Source of the DNA: Callorhinchus milii
Taxonomy: Eukaryota
DNA length: 64,000 nt
Reading direction: 5' to 3'
NCBI RefSeq assembly: GCF_018977255.1
Contig: NW_024704769.1
Location: 4,340,001-4,404,000, forward strand
Shown here: in pieces, positions 1 to 10,500 of the stretch
Layout: each line of letters begins with the position of its first letter
How positions within the stretch are numbered: position 1 is the stretch's first letter
Notes under the pieces: generated by a model
Told to the model about the DNA's origin: nothing
The model's input: only the letters and a program-made list of their open reading frames with translations
Databases searched by the model: none
Program-made: the position numbers and the translations under genes

Positions 1-574
1 GCTATCTCCTGCTGGACAACAGCAGTGGGGAGATGGGACAAGAGTACTTCCCAAATGGTCTGTGTTTAGGTTTCCTTATTCACTGCATGTCTGTGTGTGT
101 CTACATGTCTGTGTGTGTGTGTAGTGTAGTCTGTGTGTGTGTGTGTAGTCTGTGTGTGTGTGTAGTGTAGTCTGTGTGTGTGTAGTCTGTGTGTGTGTCT
201 ATCTGTGTGTGTGTCTATCTGTGTGTGTAGTGTTGTCTGTGTGTGTGTGAGAGTGCTACATGTCTGTACCCTGTTCAGGCAGACATTAAAAATCTCCCGT
301 GGAGCTGTTGGAAAGGAGAAGGAGTTCCTCTCTCTCTCTCCCAGTGTCCTGGCCGACAATCCCCCAGATTAAAATCGCTCGCTCGCTTCACGGCTGTTTG
401 GGGGGACATCGCTGTTCGCAAATTGGGCTGCCCACCAAACACACAGTCACCGCACTTTACAGTGAGATCCCGTGAAGCGCTTTGAGATGTCCCCCCGAGG
501 TGAATGGTGCTGTGTTAAATGTAAGGAATATTTTAATTACATTGTAAAATCCTCCATTTGTACTTGTTTTTCAG

Positions 575-690
575 ACATACTCTAGGGGCGAGAAGAGAAT
601 TTGCCTGAACCAATCGCCAGCACGGAACAATCGCAACGCCTATCCCGAGCCGAAGTGACTCGAGAAAACTTCTAGAACGCAAGAAAGAAA
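575..690 (+). other. Possible terminal exon of an upstream gene outside the window
   Basis: Good acceptor (ttgtacttgtttttcag|) followed by unique sequence with short frames ending in stops (HTLGARREFA* or TYSRG..YPEPK*). AATAAA at 1369. Product not recognised. Confidence 0.25.
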
Positions 691-889
691 AGAGGGGGGG
701 AAAAAAGGCAACCTTGAATCTCGCTGGCTTGCAAAGTAATTCAGGGTCTTTCCTGTGGGTAGGAAAATTCTGTCCTAAAAGCAGCTTTTTGTAGGTTTTC
801 TTTGGAAAAAAAAGAGAAATGGTTTTGCTAAACGGTTACATCAGCTTAGAATGCGATTACTTCAGAGGCCGAGTCACAGAACAGAACAA

Positions 890-1130
890 AACAGAACTTC
901 ATAGAATTATACGGCACAGAGGGAGGCCATTCGGCCCATCATGTCTGTACCGCTCTTTGAAAAGAGCTTCCAAATCAACCCCACTCCCCCGCTCTCTCCC
1001 CATAGCCCTGTAAACTTGTCCTCCCCAAATGATTATCTACTTCTCTCTTAAAAGTTGTTATGGAATCGGCTTCCACCGGCCTTTCAGGCAACACATTCCA
1101 GATCCCAACAACTCGCTGTGTGAAAATGTA
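890..1130 (-). mobile_element. CR1 LINE 3' fragment
   Basis: FTQRVVGIWNVLPE..EADSITTFKREVD. Confidence 0.8.
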
Positions 1131-2045
1131 AAGAAAACCTAACAGTTCCACATGAGACTTGGAAGGACTCACAGACTCTCAACCCCAACCCAAACCCATC
1201 CCGACCCCCACCTCCCAATGGGCTGCTATGTGTGTCTCCCTATAGCAACCAGACAAATAGCTTGAGTATAATGGGATGAGTATAGGGGTGTCTCCAGCGT
1301 AGCTGCACTCACTCGCTCCAGCTAAAACTGTCCAGAAGTCATGCCTCAACCACTTACTAATCTGCTTGAATAAAACTCTTTTTGCTGGTTACTGACTTGC
1401 TGATCAAAGTGAAAGGTCTCCAGTCGTGATCCGAAAAAGGGGCAGAGGGATTAAGGGATAGAGCCCCAAATGTGGATGCGTTTGCGTGTTTGTGTGTCTA
1501 CAAGTCCGTGCATTTTACTCGCACGCCACAGAAATGTCCTGTTAAAAGTCCCCTATTGACATTCACCAACCAACACTGTGTCGACTGCCAAAGGCCAGTG
1601 GGAATCTGGAGCTCTCTCTCCTTCCCTCACCCAAAAGGCTGTGGATTATGGCTGAATCCATTCACATTGTCCAGACTGAGAGGTGGTGATGTGTGTTGGC
1701 TCAGGGGATACGGGGCAAAGCCGGGTAATTGGAGTTGAGGTACAGATCAGCCATGATCTAACGGAATGGTAGAACAGGCTCGAGGGGCTGAATGGCCTCC
1801 TCCTGTTGCTCTGTTCCTTTGTCAAAGCCGCGCAGATCCGAGCTTCTGGCACTGGGTGGTGATCGGGAGCTATCGGCATTGCTGAGCCATGTCCTGCTGT
1901 TCCCCATTGTGGCCACACGGTGGCAGCGCGTTGAACTGTGATCAGTCAGTGAGTGAGTCAGGTATCGGGGACCTCAGTACAGTACAGAGTCACAGCTGCT
2001 GAGAGCAGCAGCAACAACTTACACTGAGAGAATGCCCTTCAGCGG

Positions 2046-2390
2046 GGGCTGGACTGGGGGCTGTGCTGGACTGGGGGCTGTGCTGGACTGGGGGCTGTGC
2101 TGGACTGGGGGCTGTGCTGGGCTGGGGGCTGTGCTGGACTGGGGGCTGTGCTGGACTGGGGCTGTGCTGGGCTGGGGGCTGTGCTGGGCTGGGCTGGGGG
2201 CTGTGCTGGACTGGGGGCTGTGCTCTGCTGGGGGCTGGACTTTGCTGAGCTGGGGGCAGTGCTGGGGTCTGGGCTCTGTGCTGGACTGGGGGGCCTGAGC
2301 TGGGCTGGGGGCTGTGCTGGACTGGCTGGGGGCTGGGCTGGACTGGCTGGGGGCTGTGCTGGACTGGCTGGGGGCTGGGCTCGGGGCTGT
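2046..2390. repeat. G-rich minisatellite (CTGGGGGCTGTGCTGGA-like)
   Basis: Direct tandem units of about 17 bp. Confidence 0.9.
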
Positions 2391-3248
2391 ATCAACACAT
2401 GTGGAAACCCATCACCAAGCTGAGAATTCCAGACCTCTCACCTACACATGGAAATCCCAGAGATAGATTGTTGGAATGGGATGCGCTCTCTCTCTGGAGG
2501 GACGCATCCTGCTTCCATAATTCCGGAGAGTATTAAGCACAGATTGGCGGGAGCCAAGGCTTGGGAGAGTCAAGAGTTAGTTAGGACTTAGGCTGCAGGG
2601 TTAACAGGAGCTGAGTGGGATGACTCTGTCCCCAGTGACTGTTCGGCCCTTCCAGGTCTCGCTGATGAGCCAGGCTGGGCTGTGCTGTCATCAGCAGTGA
2701 GTGCCCAGGAATACTGTGGTCCTGCCTCAGGAACCGGACTAGAGACCGTCACAGAGAGGGGGGGCTCGATTCCCACATTCCGTTGCCAAACAGGTCACCT
2801 TGGAGCCTGTTCAGTTAAGGAGATGAACCTTGAGATAGAGTTTGAACGAGGGGAGGGAGGGACTGAGTCGATGGTATGAACGTAAGAACATAAGAACTTG
2901 CTGGAGAAAGAAGACCAAGGACCATCCAGTTCGCCTTCCAACGTCCTGGCCATCGCTTGACATGTCGTGTCTCAAACTATACACTGTATCGACATTGAGA
3001 CATCTCTCGCTGATGTGATGAGGAGCTGTAGCAAATGCAAGGATTACTGTGATGATGGGTGTTCTGGGTGAATGGTGGGGAAGAGGGGATGGGAGGGAGA
3101 GAGGGGAGAGAGGAGGTGGGGAGGGAGGGGAGACCGCGGGGTATTGAGTATGTGGCTGTGATAGGCTGGAGGCCGAGGAGGAAGCTCCTATATAAGCAGC
3201 AGCTCAATGCTGGGAGAGGAGCAGTGAGCTGTGCTGTAAGAAGCAGAG

Positions 3249-5040
3249 ATGGCCACCCTGACCCTCCTCAGCTTGTTGTGCTTGGCCACAGGTAAGGCAG
3301 TCACTGGGGTCAGGTAGTCACCCCGCTCAGCTCCTAGCGGGGAGGGTGGTCCTAGCTGGACAAGCAGTAGGAAAGCTTGCCAGTCAGTGATATCAATAGC
3401 AAGCTAATACGGTTTTAGCTGGTTAGACTCCAGCTCTTACCCCCCCAACGCACAATTGGCTGCCGCGTTTCACCCACAAAACGCACAGTAAATTCACTTT
3501 GCGGTATATTGTGTGAAGCGCTTTGAGACGTGAAAGGCGCTGTACAAATGTAATTTTGTTGTGTTAACTGTGACTGTGTTAATAATAATCCTTGCATTTG
3601 ATAACAGCACTTTTCACATCTACTCAACGTCTCAAAGCGCTTCACAGAATAGACTGTAAAGTGAATTGACTGTATATATTTGTTGGAGAAATGCGGCAGC
3701 CAATTGCGCAGAGCAGCGTCCCCACAAAGAGTCATGGATTTAAAATGAACAATTTATTATTTTGTTTTGTCCTGTTCCTGTTGAACAGGATGCTGCAGAC
3801 TGATGCATGTTTGTTGCTCAAAAGGTGTAAGAATAGTATAAGAATATCAATATACCGCAGACGCAGGTAAGTCCATGGTCGGGGAGGTGTCTGCGCTGGC
3901 TCTGAAGTTTGGCTTAAGTCGGCTTGTCGTTGCCTCAGCAATGACTTCAGTGAAGTTCACATAAGTCCTATCAGGCGGTACCAACAACAACTGATATTTA
4001 CACGGAGCCTCTCACATTGGGAGGACGTCCCAAGGGTCTTGAGACGTGCATTGAAGGAGGCGAGGCGGAGGGATGGATTTTCAAAGGGGGTGGGGGCAGA
4101 GAAGCTGAAGGGTGGGCGTAGAAGGCGATTAATACGAGTTAGGAGGTGACTTTTACGACTAAGTGTGCAAAGAAATCTGGGATTTGATAGGAAACTGAAT
4201 TAGGACTCGGGTAAATGTGAGACTTGGGCATTTACACGATTGGTAACGACTGATGTGAATTTTACTTTCTAACCGTATAGCGACTCACACCAGCACAGGA
4301 ACCTATATGTTGTGTATTCTCTTACAGGCCACAACTAGGAAAAGAGTGACTGAAAACCGTGACAAATACCAGGAGGATATACTCCAGAGTATTGAGCCAT
4401 AACCGATGATACTCTTGCTGCACCGCTGAGACAATTTTGGTCCCACAGGTTTTGAGAGATCAGTGCATTTCCCTACCCGTGTGCAGTTGAGGTAAGTAAT
4501 AACCTTTTATATTTTACACAGCGCCTTCCACATCGGGAGAACGCGTCCTAAAGCCCTTCGCCAGACGCACTGCAAAGTACTTGTGTGTTTTGTGGGTGAA
4601 ACGCGGCAGTCAACTGCGCACAGAGTTTAGCGAGCGCTCAAATCACTCGGACTGAAACCCGAGATGCTGTCCTGTGCCTTGATAGGGACACCAGAACATT
4701 CAGCCCCTCGAGCCTGTGCCGCCATTCGATTAGATCATAGCTGATCTGAACCTCAACTCCATTTACCCACCTTTGCCCCGTATCCCTCGACCCTCACACA
4801 CATCTATCCACCTCAATCTAGACAGTGTGAATGGATCCACAGCCTTTAGGGGGAGGGAAGAGAGTTCCAGATGAATAATAATCTTTGCATTTGATATTCC
4901 CCACGTGATAATCAGTGTTAAATGTGCACAAGTATTTTGGTTTTGAGTTTGGCCAAATTAAGCTTTTTATTCTCAGCGCTATAACCAGTTGGTTTCCATT
5001 TGTTGTGCAGCTCATTCGCCCGGATTTTCTAACAGCGATT
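3249..5040 (+). pseudogene. Candidate spliced secreted Cys-rich peptide gene, probably degenerate
   Basis: TATATAAG 3189. Exon 3249-3291 encodes the signal peptide MATLTLLSLLCLAT, then G|gtaagg. Further exon-like blocks at 3789-3866 (aacag|...|gtaagt), 4328-4491 (ttacag|...|gtaagt) and from 5011. AATAAA 5481. The frame is broken between exons 1 and 2, and exon 3 has in-frame TGAs. Confidence 0.45.
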
Positions 5041-5945
5041 TGATTGTAATAATAGTCCTCACGTTTGATACAGTGCCCTAATCACGTCGCGGAGATGCCT
5101 CAAAGCTCTTTGCAGAACACACTGTAAAATGGAGTGACTATTTTATGGGGCCCTTCGCGCCCAGCGGTGTCCCAAAGTTGTGGATTGAGTGACTGAATTA
5201 TTGTTGTATATATTTTTTTACCCCTTCAAAGCAATCCACCAGTTGTGTGGAGTAAAGAAACTTGCTCAACGTTTCGTCCTGCCCAATGGAACACAGGTCT
5301 TCTCACTTGAGAGGCGAATGCTGTAACCACTACACAACAGCGCTCCATCACGTAACAATATATAGTTGGAATGGAGTTTATTGCACCAGTGAGACTGCAG
5401 CTCTGTGGCTGCTTTCAGTTGCACGGCACGTGACCTTATACACAGAGCAGGTCAGTGTCTGAGCACAAGGATTCCTGCAAAATAAAATTGGGGAAATTGT
5501 GGGCACAATACTCTCAGTTAAACACGAGCTGTTTCTCCTCCCAATTAGCTGCTGGCACTAAGGACAGGGCTGGGCTGCTGGGTTTAGCCCAGGACATGGG
5601 GAGCTTAACCCTCACAGCTGGGAATGTAGTTAGGAAACCACAGCACAATAAGGCCTTGAATTCCATCACAATTCACTCACTAAAGGCACAAAGGCCTCCA
5701 GAGCTGCTTAAAGCATTGCACCACATGGCTCAGGCCTAAAGGCTGTGAAGCATCAAGTCACGAACAACAAGAAGTTGGAAGTTGACCCAGTGCCTTATCA
5801 CACCGTCGAGACGTCTCAAAGCGCTTCACAGGATACACTGTAGATTGACTGTACATTTTGTGGTGAAGCACAGCAGCCGATTGTGCTCTGCGCCTCTCCC
5901 CCTCCCCACAAACAGAAATCACTCGTTTATGGAGAACCTAGTACT

Positions 5946-5951
5946 TTTATT
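5946..5951 (-). terminator. Probable MAT2A polyadenylation signal AATAAA
   Basis: TTTATT on + strand, about 90 nt past hairpin 6, just before SINE-derived DNA begins. Confidence 0.65.
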
Positions 5952-6038
5952 GGAAAAGATTTCAAGACAAGTAGTTTTGGACTTCTTGATGACAGACATA
6001 CGTAATAACCAAGTTAACAAAAAGGCACTTCACGCTCA

Positions 6039-6115
6039 CAGCGGCCTGGGAAAGCCTGTAAACAAGCCCGCTTCTCTGTACAACACGGGCCAAGGTGCTT
6101 TCCTCTCGGCCACTG
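6039..6115 (-). promoter_or_regulatory. MAT2A 3'UTR hairpin 6
   Basis: GCCCGU-GUUG-UACAGAGAA-GCGGGC, nonamer 6080-6072, extended outer stem. Confidence 0.9.
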
Positions 6116-6171
6116 CACTCGCTCGCCCCTCCCTGTGTTTAACACCAGCCAGACCCCCTCTTGTAGGTTTG

Positions 6172-6203
6172 GACCCAAGGGCTTTCTGTAGGACACCCCG
6201 GTC
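6172..6203 (-). promoter_or_regulatory. MAT2A 3'UTR hairpin 5 (variant UACAGAAA)
   Basis: GGGU-GUCC-UACAGAAA-GCCC at 6190-6183, outer GACC/GGUC stem. Confidence 0.8.
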
Positions 6204-6274
6204 TCTACTCTAGGGAGACTGGAACTGAAGGAATTTGCAATATAATTTAAAAAAAATCTCGTCAAAGCTGGCTC

Positions 6275-6321
6275 CTGAGCGCCGGCCTGGCTTCTCTGTA
6301 GCTACACCAGGCGAGGCTCAG
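6275..6321 (-). promoter_or_regulatory. MAT2A 3'UTR hairpin 4
   Basis: GCCUGGU-GUAGC-UACAGAGAA-GCCAGGC, nonamer 6300-6292, outer stem CUGAGC/GCUCAG. Confidence 0.9.
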
Positions 6322-6389
6322 AGTACAATAAATAGCAACGTGATAGGATTCAAGTATGAAGGTTTCTCTAAGCCCAGTGTCGCGGCCTC

Positions 6390-6414
6390 TCTGGTTTCTC
6401 TGTATCACACCAGA
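6390..6414 (-). promoter_or_regulatory. MAT2A 3'UTR hairpin 3
   Basis: UCUGGU-GUGA-UACAGAGAA-ACCAGA, nonamer 6404-6396. Confidence 0.9.
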
Positions 6415-6550
6415 TACCAGCAGACAATTGGCATTGTCCGTCACACTCCAGGACACTGTCTGTGCGTTTATGGATTATTGTTTTCTAAAATATACGTCTT
6501 TCTTATAAAGAAAATACCACTAGAACCCAAACAAAATTAAGTGTGCAACG

Positions 6551-6608
6551 CAGACCCCTGGGAGTCTCCTGACTTCTCTGTATCACGTCAAGGCTTTACC
6601 AGGGTCTG
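6551..6608 (-). promoter_or_regulatory. MAT2A 3'UTR hairpin 2
   Basis: UGAC-GUGA-UACAGAGAA-GUCA, nonamer 6582-6574, with long outer stem CAGACCC/GGGUCUG. Confidence 0.9.
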
Positions 6609-7517
6609 TCTGTCCCAGAGAGAGAGAGAGAAAAATAAAAAGGAGAGTTTAAAAATGAGGTTTGGCTAGTGCAGAAACAACGATGCATAGCTGTTGTTAA
6701 CTCCTAAAAACCCTTTGTTTATAAAAATCATTACGTAAGTCCTCCAAACAAAACTAGGGGAAAGATTAAAGAGAATGTGATGTGTTCAAATGAATCTCTT
6801 GCGGTGGGGCGGGGAAGAAACTGGGGCTTTTTAAAGAGTGTCAGGAGAGAGAGAGGGAGGGAGAGAGAGAGGGGGAGAGAGAGAGAGAGAGGGGGAGGGA
6901 GAAAGAAGACTCCAAATTACTCATGAACTTAGTTAGCTTCAAACCTTGCTCTGACTGTTCTGAATTCAGTCTCGATTGTGAAGTGCTTTTCGGCACAGTC
7001 AGACAAGTCTCCAAATGCACAAGTTTTCACCAGCCTTCTCCCCCCTCTTCACAAGCTCTTTAAAAATAAACTAAGAACAGGAGGAATTCTGGGGTCATGT
7101 AACAGCAAGAGATCAGGACTCACTTCACAACATACACCATACATACGAGACATGTCCTCAATTACGGGGGGGTGTGGGGGCAGTAATAGGTTATCGCCTT
7201 GTTGTAAGCAACAGGACTAGCTTTACATGGAGTGGAATGGGGGGGCGGGGGGGGGGGGGGGGAGAAGGGAGGGAATAAGCAAAGCTTCGAGCAGAATAAG
7301 GCTATAAGCGACGACAGTCACCTCGGACAGATGCAAACCTGACTCGTTCCAAGCGATGGTCCCGGGAATCCCTTATCCTGAACACATCACAGCAACACCA
7401 TGACCAGCACAAGGGGTAAGCATAAGCAAGGGGGTGGGGGGTAATGTCAGAACTATTGCCACCGTGGAGATGGTTTGAGGATAGACAGGATATTAAGAGG
7501 TGGCCTTTCTCCCACAG

Positions 7518-7557
7518 AGACTCTGTAGCTTCTCTGTATTATACACTGACAGTGTCT
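7518..7557 (-). promoter_or_regulatory. MAT2A 3'UTR hairpin 1 (METTL16 site, UACAGAGAA)
   Basis: Transcript reads AGACACUGUCAGU-GUAUAA-UACAGAGAA-GCUACAGAGUCU. Nonamer at 7538-7530, about 40 nt after the stop codon, in the loop of a stem. Confidence 0.9.
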
Positions 7558-7576
7558 GGGGAGAAAGACTTAACAC

Positions 7577-10500
7577 TCAGTATTTTAGTTTCTTAGGCAC
7601 TTCCCAGGGGAAGCTATCCCTACCAAAGTGGCCATAGGCAGCAGTCTTCTGGTAAATCGCCTTCTTCAGATCCAGATCCCTGGAGAACACATTCAGAGTT
7701 AATAATAATAATCCTTGCATTTGATACAGTGCAGCGTCATGGCTTCAAGACATCTCACAAAGCGCTTCACAGGGATACACTGTAAAGGTTTCACCCTGAC
7801 CCGTCTGGGAATCGAACCCAGGTCCTCTCGCTTGCAAGGAGTGAGCTCTTAAATCACTAAGTTAGGGTGGTCCTAGCTGGATAAGCAGCAAGAAAGCTTA
7901 CCAGGCAGTGGTCGCAATAGCAAGATGTACTGTTTTAACTGTTAAATTCCAATAGTGCCCTAATAAGGACCCGAGCCTAGTTTCTGGTCAGCCTGTGCTT
8001 AATACTCTGCAGTACAGTACACCTGTAGGTAAGCATTCCCCCCCCCGGGGGGAGGGAAGAGAGATAATGCACATTCTATTCCAGCCAGGAGTCTCCAAAC
8101 GGAGGTGACACACGGATGAGGAACTCAAGTCTGCTGTGGTTACTGGCTGATGGGTTGAGCACACAGCTGATGCAGTAAGTAAGAAGGTTTGATATACCTG
8201 ACAATCACACCAGGGCGCAGGTCAAAGTTCTTCTTCACAATCTCCAGCAGCTCTTTCTCGCTCAGTTCTGAGGTTCCGTACGAGAAGATGGAGATCGAGA
8301 GGGGGTGAGCCACTCCTATGGCGTAAGACACCTAAACCCAGTATGTAACAGTCACTACAGCCACCTGGCTGCCGCCTCCTACACTAACAATTATCCTTGC
8401 ATTTGATACAGCGCCTTATCACATATTCGTGCCATCTCAAAGCGCTTCGGATTATATCGTAAAGCGAATTGACTGAATATTACTGTAAGTGAAAAAGACG
8501 GCAGCCAACTGCGCACAGCAACGTCCCACAAACAGTTGTGGATTGAGAGACCAAATTATGTATTAATTATTTTTTGGGAGGGATCATTCCCCCGGGGAAG
8601 CGATTCACCAATTGAAGAACAACCAGATTCCTACTTACTGCAATGTAATCAGAGGCTCGCGGTGTGCGTGTGTGTGTGGAGTAAAGAAACTTGCCTAAGG
8701 TTTCGCCCAGGAATCGAGCCCAGGTCCTCCTGCGTGCGAGGCGAGCGCTCTAACCACTGAGCTACACACGACTCCACCGTACAGAGCTGCGCAAAGACTG
8801 GGCAGGACACCAAGCAGGAGAAGGGGAGGGGGCGGAGGGTAAGAGAAGGTGGGGGAAGGGAGGCAGGTTTTGAGACAGACAGAGGCCAGGGGTAGAGGGA
8901 AGAGCTTGCAGTGGGTGATCAGGAAGACGAGCACGGGCTGTCTGCCGTGCCACCTACCTGCACGAGGACCCTGCGGCACAGGCCAGCCCGCACCAGGGAC
9001 TTGGCCACCCAGCGGGCAGCGTAGGCGGCCGAGCGGTCCACCTTAGTGTAGTCTTTGCCAGAGAAGGCCCCGCCTCCGTGGGCTCCCCAGCCTCCGTAGG
9101 TATCCACGATGATCTTCCTGCCCGTCAGACCAGCGTCGCCCTGAACAACAGGTTCAACGGCAACACGAGCGTTTGCAAGATTACTAAACAATTCAAAGAA
9201 TCTGCTGAGGTGTTTGCCCCCTTAATCTAATCCCCCCCCACCACCACCCCGGCACAAAACCCCTTCCTCTTTCCGAACAGCGCCGTGGGATCTTTCGCGT
9301 CCACCTGACCAGGCAAACGGGGAGTGTGGTTTAACACCTCATCCGATTCAGACAGAAAAAGGAACGCACGGATACGAGGGAGGGGGGAGTTCCAGAGGTT
9401 AAGAGCGGTAGGAACTGAAGGCTTAAGTCACCCCCGGCGTCATTGTGTACAAGCGAGCAAAGCGCACGGTGGGCGGTGACAGCCAGCGGTGAGTGTGTGC
9501 GTGCGGGGCTGGCTTCCTCTCTACCCGAGCCGCGAGCCACACCAGCGAGTAGAAAACCAGCTGTAGCCACCTGTGGGCCCCCGATGACGAAGCGACCGCT
9601 GGGCTGCAGGTGGTACACGGTTTCCTGGTCCAGGTATTTGAGCGGCACCACAGCCTTCACCACCTTCTCCTTCAGGGACTCTCGCATCTTCTCCAGAGAC
9701 ACCTCCTCATCATGTTGCACAGACACCACGATGGTGTGCACCCGGATAGGGATCACAGCACCGTGATCCTGCAGGTACTGCACAGTCACCTGTGGGTTAA
9801 CAGAGAGAGAGAGCTCAGCGAGCAAACCACTGACCTCTGTCCTGCCCTCCCTCCTGGGATTGTTTTACTGTTAGTATCACAATCCATCACTGTGTGGGGA
9901 GATACAGCTGTGCACCATTGGCTGCTTGTTGTAAGCATTCGGCAACAGGACTCCACATTTCGCCGACGCTCCCTGGGGGATGGGGTCTGCCTGTGGGACA
10001 GGTTTTACGCGCAGAAAGCGACGAGTCTCACCTGAGTCTTGGAATCGGGCCGGAGCCAGGGCAGGGTCCTGTCACGTCGCAGCTCAGCCATCTTAGCGTT
10101 CAGCTTGTGGGCGAGGACAATAGTCAAGGGCATGCACTCCTCAGTCTCGTCAGTTGCATAACCAAACATAAGGCCCTGTGTGAGGGGACGAGGAGGATGG
10201 GGTGGGAGGAAAACAAAGCAGGCATCTTTAACACTGCAAGGTAACGAAAACACTTCCCACACACACCAGCAGCAGAACATCGGAACAAGATTTAACTCCT
10301 AACTGGCCTGGCTCTAACTTTAAGATGATGTCCCCTTTTTCTGGATCCCCCACCCACCAGAGGAAATAGTTTCTCTGTATCCACCCAATTGATTGCCTTT
10401 ATCATCAACAAGATCAACCCTCAAAACTCACAGGAATACAGACAGGATTTATACCTGGTCCCCAGCACCGATGTCCTCCTCATTCCTGTCCAGGTGAACG

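Noticed and set aside
1190-1440. Possible solo LTR fragment around AATAAA 1369
   Set aside because: No TG..CA ends, TSD or second copy identifiable
2032-2423. Gly/Cys-rich or Pro/Ala-rich ORFs
   Set aside because: Minisatellite translation
5420-5465. Possible SECIS downstream of the TGA-containing candidate gene
   Set aside because: A small TGACCT/AGGTCA hairpin is present, but no proper helix II or apical AA geometry by eye
10371-10379. Seventh UACAGAGAA (minus strand) in MAT2A intron 4
   Set aside because: Lies in a CR1-like remnant, with no flanking stem or GU loop context
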